Source: Octopus vulgaris (lineage: Eukaryota). Taken from it: 64,000 bases of DNA. Within the stretch, counting starts at the first letter, position 1; the number at the start of each line of letters is the position of its first letter. The notes beneath the pieces were generated by a model that worked only from the letters and a program-made list of their open reading frames with translations, searched no databases and was not told where the DNA came from. The stretch is taken from the NCBI GenBank assembly GCA_951406725.2, contig OX597816.1, forward strand, positions 82,894,001-82,958,000. Direction: 5' to 3'. A program made the translations under genes and the position numbers. Shown here in pieces: positions 11,960 to 26,913 of this stretch.

Positions 11960-12239
11960 TGTATATATATGTTCCTACTAAACACACTCTTATTTTCTTT
12001 TTCCTATACATACACACTCATTATCTCTCATCACTCACGCACCTACTCTTCTCTCTCTCCTCCCATCATTCACTCACTGCTACGCATTGTCTTTGTAATT
12101 TACACACACACACATATTCACATACACACACATATACACATACAAAGACACACAGACACACGCATACACACGCATACCCAGAGTAAAATGGGTGCTTAAC
12201 AACAAAGAAAACAGCAACATAAACAAATAAAAGCAACGA

Positions 12240-12369
12240 CAATACGACGACGATGACGATGACGACGATCACCATGACCACCACCAACAACAAGAAAAAT
12301 CATAACAACAACTATAACAAAATCACTGCCAACATTAACAAGAAAAAGAAATCAGTGCAACAATTGCGT

Positions 12370-12406
<37 letters not shown>

Positions 12407-12419
12407 GTCATCATCATCG

Positions 12420-12462
<43 letters not shown>

Positions 12463-12840
12463 TATCATCATCATCATCAGCAGCAGCAGCATCAGCAGCA
12501 GCAGCAGTCAGGGAAGCATACAAAAGAGAACAACCAATGTTACGACTATAACATGATGATGATGATGATGGTGGTGGCGGCGGCGATTATCTTGGTGGTG
12601 ATGATGATGACTATGAGGATGACGGCGATCATTACGATCATTATCGTCATCGTTGACATCAGCACCATCGCCAGTTTCATCATCATTATTATTATCCTCA
12701 TCCTCATCCTCATCCTCCTCTCCTCTTCCTTCCTCTACCTCCTCCTTCTCCTCCTCCTCCCCATCATCATCACAACCACCATCATTGCTTCCAGCGCCAG
12801 CACCAGCACCACCAGCAGCTCCGCCACCATCATCATCACC
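12240..12840. repeat. Mixed trinucleotide low-complexity tract (CAT, CAG, GAT, CTC)
   Basis: Directly visible. Source of the poly-His/poly-Asp ORFs. Confidence 0.85.
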
Positions 12841-12988
12841 CAATATAAATACCAATAACATACAATAACAACTAAATCATGATAAAAACATATAGTTTGA
12901 AAATTGATCTTAAAGTTTGACCTGGGGATGTTGTCATATAGTCTTTGATGTTTCTAATACACATCTCGGTGCACATTCTTCCTCCCTC

Positions 12989-13057
<69 letters not shown>

Positions 13058-13101
13058 CTCTTTCTCTTTCTCATTGTCTCTGATAATATATACATACACT
13101 C

Positions 13102-13132
<31 letters not shown>

Positions 13133-13178
13133 TGTATGTATGTATGTATGTATGTATGTATGTATGTATGTATGTATG

Positions 13179-13212
<34 letters not shown>

Positions 13213-13248
13213 TGTATGTATGTATGAATGTATATATATATATATATT

Positions 13249-13326
13249 CTGTGTACATTAAATAATATACTTACATATATATATATATATATATATATAT
13301 GTAAGTATATTATTTAATGTACACAG
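13249..13326. repeat. Perfect 78-bp palindrome centred on (AT)13
   Basis: CTGTGTACATTAAATAATATACTTAC-(AT)13-GTAAGTATATTATTTAATGTACACAG. Confidence 0.95.
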
Positions 13327-13461
13327 TATACAGTCACGGGCTATTAATAGTTTCATGCTTTGGAGATGTAGTCTAGGCAAGTTTCCATAACATGCCTTTA
13401 TCTCTCACTGGATCGAGTGCTTTTTTTGTTGACCTTACCTTAACGGAAAAGTAAATTATAT

Positions 13462-13846
13462 GCAGGCGTGACTGTGTGTGAAGATTCTGGGTTCAGTGCC
13501 ATTGTGCCACACCTTGGGCAAATATCTTCTATTATAGCATCGGACCGAACAAAGCTTTTAGAGTGGATTTGGTAGACGGAAACTGAAAGAAGCTCGTCTT
13601 ATTTATATATTCATATGTGCGTGAGTGTGCGCGCACTCCTCTCCGTTTTTGTTCCAACCCCACTTGACAACCGCTTTTGGTATGTTTATATTCCCGTAAC
13701 TTAGCAGTTCGGCAAAAAAGAGATCGATAGAATAAGTACCAGTCTTGGAGAAAAGTTACTGAGGTCGATTCTTTGACTGAAAATTCTTCACGGCTGTGAC
13801 CCAGCATGGCCACAGCCTAATGACTGAAAGATTATAAGCAAAAGAT

Positions 13847-13848
<2 letters not shown>
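13462..13848 (+). mobile_element. SINE S2, near full length, diverged
   Basis: Aligns with 23433-23845 throughout. Confidence 0.85.
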
Positions 13849-13927
<79 letters not shown>

Positions 13928-13954
13928 GTGTATGTGTGTGTGTGTCTGTAAATG

Positions 13955-14045
13955 TATAATTGTCACATATTACATTTACAGATAAATTCCTCTATTTACA
14001 TAATATCGCGGTCTCTTTCATTGTCTTACCATTTTTATCAATATA
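13955..14045. repeat. Fragment of the (TA)n-associated Penelope-like terminal repeat
   Basis: Reverse complement matches 27298-27390 (GGTAAGA...AAAGAGACC..ATATTATGTAAATAGAGGAA.TTTATCTGTAAA..AATATGTGACAATTA). Confidence 0.7.
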
Positions 14046-14169
14046 TATATGAATGAACAAAAACATTCGAGTATTATATAGCTATAAAATTTAAAGTTAG
14101 CACTATGCATGTGTGTGTGTGTGTGTGCATGTATGTTTTATATGTGTATGTGTGTGTTTCTGCGACGAT

Positions 14170-14670
14170 AGTGGCTCTCATGGTTTCTGATTGGAAGTGT
14201 TATCATGTACATGTTTTGACTTGGTATAGAAGATGTGCTACAGCAAATATTCTGCTCAATACCACAGATTTGCTCGTCAATTGCTTGACCATGACCAGTC
14301 GAGCATGTCTCTTAGTGGCTGATGATATATGAATCTCTGATCACGTGCTGGAGTAGGGAGGGGAGGAAACATCGTAGCCATGTGTTGAGCATAATTCTTA
14401 AGGATTTGAATAATTCACATCTGGAAACATGGGTGTTTCATTCATCATCCTTAAACAATCCTTATTCTGGAACCTTTTGGACGGAATTGGCCACTCTACC
14501 TAAAGAAAATTCTAACTGGACCCCACCTGCAAGGGCATGCATTTTATCTTGATATAAGATCAACATGTCGCGCATATATGGTTGTGATGCATGTACCAGG
14601 TGCAGACTTATGAGACGGGTAGTCATGATGTGTATACTGGACTTCGTATATTTGTACCCCAGGGTCACAT
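14170..14670 (+). mobile_element. ~550-bp non-coding TAA-tailed element, copy 1 (both ends clipped)
   Basis: Collinear with 15483-16031 and followed by (TAA)n at 14671-14750. Confidence 0.85.
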
Positions 14671-14675
14671 TAATG

Positions 14676-14739
<64 letters not shown>

Positions 14740-14752
14740 TAATAATAATAAA

Positions 14753-16031
<1,279 letters not shown>

Positions 16032-16039
16032 AATAATAA

Positions 16040-16180
16040 TAATAATGCCTGAAATTTTTGGTGAAGGGGTAAGTCAATCACATCGACCACAGTATTCCAT
16101 TGGTACTTAATTTGAATGAAAAGCAAAGTCAACCACGGCGGAATTTGAACTCAGAATATAGCGATGGGCGAAATCCTGAA
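16040..16180 (-). mobile_element. SINE S1, decayed
   Basis: GGTACTTAATTT...GCAAAGTCAACCACGGCGGAATTTGAACTCAGAA. Confidence 0.7.
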
Positions 16181-16277
16181 TGTTTGGTGTAGGTGTGAGT
16201 CGGTTCGAATTCTAGGCGATGGTTTGCAAAAGGAAGCAATATGAAAACATGGAAGTAGAAAAAAAATGAATATATGA

Positions 16278-16317
<40 letters not shown>

Positions 16318-16860
16318 ATACACATATAAACGAAACAAAGCAAAGCGGAGAAGGAAACCAACAAGATAACAAAATAATAGAGACAAAGAAATAGAGAAAG
16401 AAATAAAAAATATAGAAACAAGGAATTGTATGTTGCACTTCTATTGTGTAACTCATTATTTAGCCCTCAGCTAGAAGCCTCTAAATCCTTGATCTTTCCA
16501 TATACCAAAGGAAGACTATCTGTTGCAAGAACAAGACATGAAACGACAAGCACATACATACATGCATGTATATATATACATCTATACATCTATACATACA
16601 TACATGCATACATATATACATACATACTTATATACATACATAAATGCATACATATACGCATACATACATACACACACATACACACACACACATATATATA
16701 TATATACATATATATATATGCACATACATGCATGCATATATACACATATGCATGCATAATGTATGCATACATACATACATACATGCACATATATATATAT
16801 ATATATGGTAGATATGTGATATCATATACATATATGTATATATATGTATATATATGTATA

Positions 16861-16906
<46 letters not shown>

Positions 16907-17599
16907 TACATACATACATACACATATATATACATATACATACATATACATATACATACATGCACACATACACGTATGTATATATAAATCCTTACAAGTT
17001 GTCTGTAGGGGAGTCTGTGGAGGAAAAGATTAAGAGCAGCACCAGTAGTAACAACAACAACATGACTGAAAATCCCAAAGGAAATAGCCAACAACACATA
17101 ACTACGAACAACAGCAGCAGCAGCAGCAACAACAACAACAACAACAAACAGCACCAACAAAATCTATCGAACTTTACCATAGATAATCTTTTCAACCTCT
17201 GCGTTTGATAATAGTCAACAACAACAACAACAACAACCACAGCAACAAGAAGAACAGCAAAAACAAACAAGAACAAGAACAGCAACAACAACAACAAAAA
17301 CATCAACAGTAACAACATCAACGACAACAACAACAACAGCAGTAGCAACAACAACAACAACAACAAATTTAACAAGAAGAATAACATCTGCAAAAACAGC
17401 AAGCATGTTAAAAAAGAATAAGAGTAATAACAACAACAACAACAACAACAACACGAGCATCAATGTCACTATCATTTTCCTTTCTTTTATAGACACAAAT
17501 CCGGCAATCTGGGGGAGACGGTGCGTGGTTGGGGAGCTAGTCGATTACATCAACTTCCAGCGTTTATATTGTATTTATTTCATCGACCTTGTATTTATT

Positions 17600-19050
17600 T
17601 CATCGATGCACGCTTGGACTATGTGGAGTAAGCTGATAGGAGAGGGGATGCAAAAGACTCAAACATGCTCAAATATTTTTAACTGCTTGACAGGTACCGA
17701 CAAGATTTCCCGAATGTGCCAAAATGAGCATAGTTTGACCACATCAGACCACATCATCAGATCATAGGGTATTCTGTAGACAAATAGGAATAACGTAGGT
17801 CATGCATAATATAACGTCGGCATAGATCACAAATTTGTGATCTGTAAGTATAGTGGCTTCGTAGGCCGGGATCCAGTCTGTAGAGGCTGAACGCGTCGTT
17901 CCAGGCGCTCCAAGCTTAGAGAGACAGCATTGGAGAATTAGGTAAGCGGGGGTTGACGGGAATAATGATGGCAGTTAATGTAGAGTCGATTGGAACGAGC
18001 GAGTAGAGAAAACTAGTCAAGAAGGGAACTCAATTAGAGACTTAGAAAAGGCTCAGGGAAAATATCACGACCGACGTGTTTGTGGCAGTATTTTTTCAAT
18101 TTCTTTGGATCCACTTTGTTATTACATGGTATTGCAAAATCTATGATCTTACATTATTGGTTTATGTTGCTTTCTGTAATGATACCTGATCTTGCTTCAG
18201 TAGCATGGAAATTCCATAAAATTCTGTAATTCTTATTCTTTATCACAGCCTCTGGTTCGTGTTCATATCAATTTAAAGTTATTTCGAAACCACGAACTCG
18301 AAGGTCACGTTATCGGAGATAAGACGCGTGCTCTAAGACACGAAAAAATGGAAGCCATTCGATTCGTCCGAGCGGCACAACGAGGTCTTTGGTGGATCAT
18401 GATAGAGTGTGCTACTGGATTCTGAGTAGATGTGTGCAGTTTTTCAGCACCACTTCACTTAGTTGTTTACCACAAGTGGTAGGTCGAATCGCAGGGTAAA
18501 TTTCAGTACATACATTGATGGATTGCTTCGATTCTTTCGTTAACGGAGGCGGAGTATTGCGAAAAATCGATAACTGATGAAATATAGGAAGCGATCATTA
18601 GTTGCGCGAGAAGCAAATTGCCTGGTTTGGATGGTCTGTCATACGAGCATAAGTTACATTTGCTAAACTTGTTCGGCGATCTATTGGCAGTTGTCTATCG
18701 TAACTGGCAGGGGAGCAGGAGAATTCCTATTTCTGTCAGCCGAGGAGTGAGTGTACTATAGAGAAAGGGTCTGAACAAGAACTGTTATTTTCAACCTATA
18801 ATTCAGAAAAACGCAGAGTTCAAGATTTTAGCCAAAACATTAGTGAAGAGTTTAGCATATGTCTGTAGTATAGTGTTTGATGCGCAGACAAGATTCATCT
18901 CGTAACAATCTCCACTTCATGTAATACATCATAAAGAAGGTAAGTAAAGAACCTGGTGTGTGTGTGTGTGTGTGTGTGTGGTTTCTGATCAATTTAGACA
19001 AATTGAAACCCTTCAATAGAGCCGAGCGTAAATACGTTGTGGCTGTTCTC
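17600..19050 (+). pseudogene. L1/Tx1-like ORF2 remnant (APE endonuclease and N-terminal RT)
   Basis: Peptides DARLDYV, DRYRQDFPNVPK, IDHKFVIC and RLNAS (APE end). Then SKLPGLDGLSYE, NWQGSRRIP.SVSRG, NAEFKILAKTL and LINLDKLKPFNRAE (RT motifs). Many stops and frameshifts. Confidence 0.75.
18089..18300 (-). pseudogene. RLE endonuclease fragment inserted antisense in the Tx1-like element
   Basis: The minus strand reads GFEITLN*YEHEPEAVIKNKNYRILWNF...CKIIDFAIPCNNKVD..EIEK. Confidence 0.75.
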
Positions 19051-19215
19051 GTGGTAGAATCGTTAGAGTATCGGAAAAGACGCTTTGCGTTATTTCTTCC
19101 GGCTAACTGCGTTGTGTTTAAGTCCTGCCGATGTCAGTTTTTGCCTTTAATCCTTTAGGGGTCGATGAAATAAAGTTCTGTCCAAGTCCTGATGTATATG
19201 GTATCGACTAACTCC
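19051..19215 (+). mobile_element. SINE S1, decayed
   Basis: GTGGTAGAATCGTTAG head and TTTGCCTTTAATCCTTTAGGGGTCGAT core. Confidence 0.7.
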
Positions 19216-19499
19216 TCTCATACTCATTACCTACTCATACTGCTCCGTGTTTGTGACGCCGTTCCAAGAATTTACACCAGGAGCAATATCTCTGACTTTG
19301 AAGCCTGTACTTCTCTTGCTGGGGCAACTGTGGGCAGATATGTAGTGCACTAGCTTTAGCTGTATCATTGTCTCGTCCTCAGTTTTAAACACAAGGCATA
19401 CGTTTCTATATGCCCTGCTTCAGTCGAGAGTATATACACTTCTTCCCACAATCATCGAAAACTCCATGTAGCTACTCTTCTGAAGGTGTATAGAAATCC

Positions 19500-20035
19500 T
19501 TCAAACTGACAAGAATGATCCATTGGGAACTCTGGAAATCACGGCCTAGAAAGCGCGGAGACGTGGTATGAGTAAACCTCAGAAGGAGTCACCGAAAATG
19601 AGAATTGCAAAATCCTGTGGAATGTAATGATCCTGTACGATCACCTGACCAGAGATCGGAAACCGGACAGTGTTGTGGTGAATAAAAAAGAAAGAATATG
19701 TATGATAATCGACATAGCATGCCCCGGTGACAACGGGATCAATGTGAAAGAAAAAAACCAAAAAAAAACAACTATGATGATTTCAAGTGGGAAATACGAA
19801 AGTTGTGGTCAAGGAAGAGAGTAGACCTGATACCAATAGTAATTGGTGCACTTGGAAGCATCAGCACTCAACTACCAATATGGCTAAAAAAGTTAGAATA
19901 CTTACAAAAATCAGCATTACTTGGAACTGCAAGAATTCTTCGCACGTTCTTGAAGCATGACCAGTAAACAAGTATCACCTTAGTCTGCTGGCTGTGAACA
20001 GCTGACACATTCCATCATACCCAGCAAAATAAGCT
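19500..20035 (+). pseudogene. 5'-truncated RLE retrotransposon 3' end, TAA tail
   Basis: IHWEL..NHGLESAETWYE*..EGVTENENCKILWNVMILYDHLTRDRKPDSVVVNKKERICMIIDIACPGD...IPIVIGALG...LQKSALLGTARILR, then (TAA)n. Confidence 0.9.
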
Positions 20036-20051
20036 AATAATAATAATAATA

Positions 20052-20920
20052 TGTACAGCAGTACATAGGAAAACCAAAAAGCCAAATGAAGTTAAAAACC
20101 AGAAAAATGAACGAAATTTATCCGACTGGAAAGAGAATGCTCTGCATGGTAGTAGATTCCCAAAGATAGTTGCAGGAAATAATAATGAGGCATGGTTATG
20201 GTTGCAGAAAGGAAGACTGAAAAGGGAGACAAAGTTAGTTAGTAGCAGCACAATATCAAGCATTAAGGACTAATTGGACAAACACCAAGACAGACAAAAA
20301 CCAAGTAGATTTCCAGTGTAGGTAATGTAAATCAAAAGAGGAAAGTGTTAATCATATAGTAACTGAATGTAGCATGCTGGCACAGACAGAATACAAGAAA
20401 ATAATGACAATCTTGAGAGAGAAATCCACTGAGAGTTATGTAGAAAGCTAAAATTTGACCATACTAATAAATGGTTTGAACATAGACCTAGATGTTGTGG
20501 GACTTTAACATTCAGACGGACAGAGTAATAGAAGCTAGACGGCATGATTTGGTAGTAGTAGATAAAGAGAATAGAAAGTGCCAGATAATTGACTTTACAG
20601 TCCCAAGTGATAAGAAAGTCAATATGAGAAGTATAGAAAAGATAGCAATGTACCAGGACCTAGCCATTGAGTTACAGAGACTGTAGAAAGTGCGGGGAAG
20701 ATATATCTCTGTAGTTATAGATGCATTAGAAACTATCCTTAAAGATTTGAACAGATGGGTAAAGGAAATTGGCATAAAAACCAGTTTAGTACAGCTCCAG
20801 AAAACATTGTTATTAGGGACAACTAGGATACTTAGGAGGGTTCTTGGCATCGAAGGTTACTTGTTGTAGCTCGATGTTAGGGTTTTTTCTTTTCCAACAG
20901 TCTAATCAGTAAACAGTCTA
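20052..20920 (+). pseudogene. RLE retrotransposon C-terminal half (CCHC knuckle plus endonuclease)
   Basis: WKENALHG, WLWLQKGRLKRET, QALRTNW, CR*CKSKEESVNHIVTEC, LWDFNIQTDRVIEARRHDLVVVDKENRKCQIIDFTVP and LLGTTRILRRVLG. Confidence 0.9.
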
Positions 20921-21057
20921 ATCACCGTGTCGGGTACATATGGCTGTGATGCTTGTGCCTGGGATACCATTACCTGACGGGTAGTCATGATGGGTGTATT
21001 GGGCTTCGTATATTTTACCCCAGTGTCAGTTTCATGGCATGCGCTGCTCTCTCACCC
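20921..21057 (+). mobile_element. ~550-bp TAA-tailed element, copy 3 (3' ~135 bp only)
   Basis: GACGGGTAGTCATGATGGGT...TTTTACCCCAGTGTCA...CTGCTCTCTCACCC followed by (AAT)n. Matches 15903-16031. Confidence 0.85.
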
Positions 21058-22108
21058 AATAATAATAATAATATTGCTAATAATGATAATAAAAAATTGA
21101 ATGCTTGATTGTATCCCAACATGCCCACAGCCTTCTGTTCGGTAACAAGTAAAATTACAAAGAGTATACATGTACAAATGTCGATGATGATGACGACGAT
21201 GATGATGATGACGAGTACGAAGAAAAACGACGGAGATAAAATTCCTTTATTTGCAACGAGGGGTCTCGACAACATTTACAAAGACAAACAAAAAGAAAAA
21301 AGCTTCAGCGACAAACATACAATAACAAAATAAATGAAAAAAAAAGTCAAGTAAAACAAGCAACCCATACTCCATCACATCACTTCTGTCAAACCCCACC
21401 GCCAACCCCGCCAAAAAACAAACAAACAAAAAGCAAAAAAACAAAAGCTAAAACAAAAGCAAAGACAAAACAACAGCAAAAAAAAAAAATCAATAAACAA
21501 ATATAAGTAAATGGCAAAATAAAATTTTAAAATAAAGATACGGCAACAATCAAGAAGGCAATTTTAAAAAATATAACCACCTTCAGAACACTTTTTTTTC
21601 CGTCTCATTTTCGTTTAAATTATTTTGTACCTGAGGGTGATAAACAACAGTTGGCTGTATCAAGAAGGTTCTTTCAGTTTTGGTAAATACTGTCTGTATG
21701 TCCCTATATGATGTAGATGGTGGCGTTGTCATCGTCGCCGCCGTCGGCAGTGGTGATAGTGGTGGTAGTGGTGGTAGTTGTAGTACTAGTAGCAACTGTT
21801 GTTGTTGTTGTTGTTGGTATTATTGCTGTTGTTGCTGTTGATCTTTCCAGATTCGGCGCTAAATAAGTTTGCAAAGAAGCGAAGGCTCATGGGATACCTT
21901 TCTTACATTAAAAGCAATGTTTTCCATTTCAGTTAATAGTGCATACTTTCGCATACATACATACATACATACATACATACATACATACATACATACATAC
22001 ATACAAGCATACACACACATACATATATACATACACACGCACACATACACGTACCATACATTCATACCTACATGTAACTGGCGCACACACACACACACAC
22101 ACACATAT

Positions 22109-22213
<105 letters not shown>

Positions 22214-22277
22214 TGATATACACATATGCACGCAGACCCAAACTCATATTGAAATATTCTACGCATATTCAACATAA

Positions 22278-22563
22278 CATATTTGAACGATAAAACGCAC
22301 ATATACGTATATCATAATTTGAAGTATCACACACACACACACTTACACACACACACACACACACACACACTAACACACACACAATTACACACACACTCAC
22401 ACACTTACACACACTCACACACTTACACACACTCACACACTTACACACACACGCACTTACACACAGTTATACACACACACAATTACACACACACTTACAC
22501 ACACTCATACACTTACACACACACGCACTTACACACACACACACTTACACACACACACTTACA

Positions 22564-22596
<33 letters not shown>

Positions 22597-22915
22597 TTAC
22601 GCACATACACACACACACACTTACACACACATACACACATAGTGCGTGCATGTCCAAACGCATAATGATTGTTACACGAGCACATATTTGAACGATAAAA
22701 CGCACATATACGAATATCATAATTTTGAAGTATCACACACACACACTTACGCACACACACACACACACTTACACATACACAATTACACACACACTTACAC
22801 ACACTCACACACTTACACACACACGCACTTACGCACATACACTCACACACTTACACACACATACACACATAGTGCGTGCGTGTCCAAACGCATAGTGATT
22901 GTTACACGAGCACAA
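22278..22915. repeat. Tandem duplication containing a CACACTTACA-type microsatellite
   Basis: Blocks ATATTTGAACGATAAAACGCACATATACG (22280, 22684) and CATAGTGCGTGC.TGTCCAAACGCATA.TGATTGTTACACGAGCAC (~22638, ~22868) each occur twice. Confidence 0.9.
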
Positions 22916-23432
22916 ACATTTTTCTTTCAGGCATAGAAACAATGACACACAACCACACACGCACACACATGCGCACACACAAAGACACAGACACAGACAC
23001 ACACACATGCATTTTCAAAATGGCTCAGACACGCATGCATTTATAGAATTATGCACTTCGATATATAACCTCAAAACACTTACGGACGCATTACGCATGA
23101 CCTGAACACAAAATGTTTCACTTTCTGCTCTGTGTCATTCGAACAATCACACACACACTCACACACACACTCACACACATATACTCACACATATGCACAC
23201 ATACACGCACATACATGCACACACATATACATACAGAAACAAACACATATATGCACACACATACATTCCTACATTGCATAATATTTACAACCATATATTC
23301 TCACACAAACTGTGAAATGTATACAGAAACACACACTCCTTCCTTTACACTCACATCCACACATACACACGCATGCATTCACAAACCCCATACACCCTAA
23401 TACAATCATGTATATGCATATACACACACATA

Positions 23433-23845
23433 GGCGTAGGAGTGGCTGTGTGGTAAGTAGCTTGCTTACCAATCACATGGTTTCGGGTTCAGTCCCACTG
23501 CGTGGCACCTTGGGTAAGTGTCTTCTACTATAGCCTCGGGCCGACCAAAGCCTTGTGAGTGGATTTGGTAGACGGAAACTGAAAGAAGCCTGTCGTATAT
23601 GTGTATATATGTATATATATGTATGTGCGTATTTGTGTGTCTGTGTTTGTCCCCCCAACATCGCTTGACAACCGATGCTGGTGTGTTTACGTCCCCGTAA
23701 CTTAGCGGTTCGGCAAAAAAAGAGACCGATAAAATAAGTACTAGGCTTACAAAGAATAAGTCCTGGGGTCGATTTGATCGACTAAAAGGCGGTGCTCCAG
23801 CATGGCCACATTCACATGACTGAAACAAGTAAAAGAGTAAAAGAG
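23433..23845 (+). mobile_element. SINE S2, full length
   Basis: tRNA-like head (TGGCTGTGTGGTAAG, GGTTCAGTCCC), CORE-like GGCACCTTGGGTAAGTGTCTTCT, internal (TA/TG) tract and tail TGAAACAAGTAAAAGAGTAAAAGAG. Confidence 0.92.
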
Positions 23846-23950
23846 AGAATACAAACTTAAATATATACACACGCTCAGAGACAGTGTATCAAGACAATAG
23901 CATACATTATTCTTTCACAAATTTTATGGCGAAGCTTCTCCTAGTGTGTA

Positions 23951-24007
<57 letters not shown>

Positions 24008-24164
24008 TCATGTGTATGTATGTTCATTGTTCATTAAAGAGGGGGCAATAGAGAGGGACAGACTGACGTATAGCGAGGGTAAGAAAAGTAAATGTCGAAG
24101 TTCGCGAATGCTTATCAGTCTCACAGATGCATACAGACGCACAAACACACAACTAAGCATACAT

Positions 24165-24214
<50 letters not shown>

Positions 24215-24354
24215 ACACACACAAACATATACACACACATACACACACTTTTCACATAGTCACATACATTCACCCTCTTTCGTTGGCTTTCTCTTCCGTC
24301 TGTCTACATACACCTTTCAGTTGTATTAAACACACACACACACACACACGCACG

Positions 24355-24425
<71 letters not shown>

Positions 24426-24627
24426 GCACACACGCACACACACATGCGCGCACTAATACACACCTACGCAACTCTTTATAGTCACCTTATCTTTATATAT
24501 AGCCTCTTGATCATTAATCTGAGTTACTGTTCAAACTGAATGGACACAACTTCAGAAATAACTACATAAAGCAAAATGTCCACCGCTATCTTAGCGTCAT
24601 GCAAGTATGTGCGGTGTATTTCAGACT

Positions 24628-24628
24628 G

Positions 24629-24718
<90 letters not shown>

Positions 24719-24720
24719 GA

Positions 24721-24797
<77 letters not shown>

Positions 24798-24860
24798 GTC
24801 TGTCTGTCTGTCTGTCTGTCAGACCGTCTGTCTATTTATCTGTCTGTCTGTCTGTCTGAC
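24628..24860. repeat. (TCTA)n-(TCTG)n microsatellite
   Basis: Directly visible. Confidence 0.95.
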
Positions 24861-25726
24861 TGTCTTCCACTCTCCCAATAAGCCTATATGTGTGTGTGTA
24901 TGTATGTCTATATATGTATGTGCTTATATATATATATGTGTGTTTGTGTGTGTGTATGTATATATGTATATTTATGTCTTTTAATGTTACCTAAAATGGA
25001 CACATTTCTTCTCTGTCCCCCTCTCCTCACGTATTATTTCGAACTATCTCTATCATATGACCACTTCTAATTGAAAGAGCTGCTCTCAAGGCACCAGTGC
25101 TCGTTAAGTGGTCAACACTAATAGCTAAATCGTTACTCTTTCCCAGAACAGTTACATAGAAAAACCTTTCTCTATTGCATTTACTGACACGAACAAGATG
25201 ATATATACGTAAAATAGAGAGAAAAAAAGAAGCCATAAAAATCCTCTGCCCATTATGTCGCTGATAAATACTAGCCCAAAGCGAGTATATTAATAAGATA
25301 TATCTTATATCGTAGCTAAACATAATCTAAAAGTTTTAGCACGATAAAAAAAAAGCAAACCATCTACTTCTCATGACGACGTATTACAACCTTTACATCT
25401 AGTGTTTTTTTCTTTTGAAATAGGCTCCTTAGATCATGCCACCAGAGTCGTGATGTTCATGACATATATTTTAGTGTCATAAGTGAAATTGGTTTCTATC
25501 TGAAATGAAGTTGGATGTATGAACTTGTTTATCTGGCACCTCACTTTACAGTAGCTGTCTTTCTTATAGTGAAGCCTAAATGGCTATTCTCGTGTATCAT
25601 AGGTATGTACGAAGTGGAACTTCTAACAAGACAAATGGTGTTGTCATGGATTGAGATGTGTAACTTAATGTACCAGTGTGAGTGGGATACTCCTGTGATA
25701 TCATAACAGCTAAATATCCACTCGCG

Positions 25727-26160
25727 TAGGCATAGACATAGCTGTGTGGTTAAAACACTTGCTAGGCAACTGCGTGCTTCGGGATCAGTTCCAGTGTGCG
25801 GTATATTGAGCAAGAGACATATGCCACAGCTCGTCTGTTAAAAATCCTCTTGTATTTATGGTTTACTGGGAAATATCGGAAGAGTTTTAACAGACGATCG
25901 ATTAAAATATCTGCTGCCTCTGTACAAACATTTTTCTTTGCAAACATTGCCAAGAGCCCACTCACAGTTGTAACTATCAAAACCATGAATCTTGCCCACT
26001 TGCTCAAGCGTGTATGATAAATGCAGTCCGGCAAAAGAGACCGATAGAATAAATGCTAGGCTTATAAAGAATAAGTTCTGGCTCAATTAAAGGCGGTGCT
26101 CCAGTATGGCCGCAGTCAAATTACTGAAACAAGTAAAAGAACAAAAGAATAAAAGAATAA
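25727..26160 (+). mobile_element. SINE S2: decayed head (25727-25830) and well-preserved 3' part (26024-26160)
   Basis: 3' part GGCAAAAGAGACCGATAGAATAA...GGCGGTGCTCCAGTATGGCCGCAGTC...TGAAACAAGTAAAAGA matches the 23433 copy. Confidence 0.7.
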
Positions 26161-26234
26161 ATGGAATTAGCATAATAAGTGAAAATAATGGCATTTCAAC
26201 CGGGAATCGAATATTTATGTATACACCTAACTCT

Positions 26235-26278
<44 letters not shown>

Positions 26279-26795
26279 GTGCGCGCACACACACACACAC
26301 GCACACACACACACTCACACACACATACAAAACGTACACACGCATAAACACATACACCTTATTGAAACTGAAGTTTCATATCGTATACTGTTTTCTCTCT
26401 GTCTCTCTCTCCCCACTTTCTTTCTCCCTTTCTCTCTCTCGTTGCTCACACTTGACTATCGTCCATCTTTCTTTTCCTACGCGTCGTTCTATGGATCGAA
26501 CGTCTTCTATCTTTTCTCTTTTCAAAGAAAATATTTCTTCAAGCGTTCACTATTTTTCCCCTCGTTCTGGTCCAATGGCCCTCCATAAAAAATTCCAAAG
26601 TATATTTTGAAAGTTATGGGAGCAAGTGTCTTCGAAGACTCATATTGTCGTTGAATGTTCCAAATGAGGAGTAGATAGCCAGCCGACAACTGATGAAGGG
26701 TCGTTCTTTCTGTTACATGTCCTCTTTTCAATTTTTTCTCTCATTGTTTTCGTACTTCATGTTGTTTACAGTTGGTGACATCCTGTACCCATATA

Positions 26796-26913
<118 letters not shown>

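Noticed and set aside
12253-12858. Poly-His/Gln 201-aa ORF as a real protein
   Set aside because: Entirely trinucleotide repeats that are open in several frames on both strands, with no domain.
26689-26790. CTGATGA as a hammerhead core
   Set aside because: No downstream GAAA/NUH or stem I partner found.
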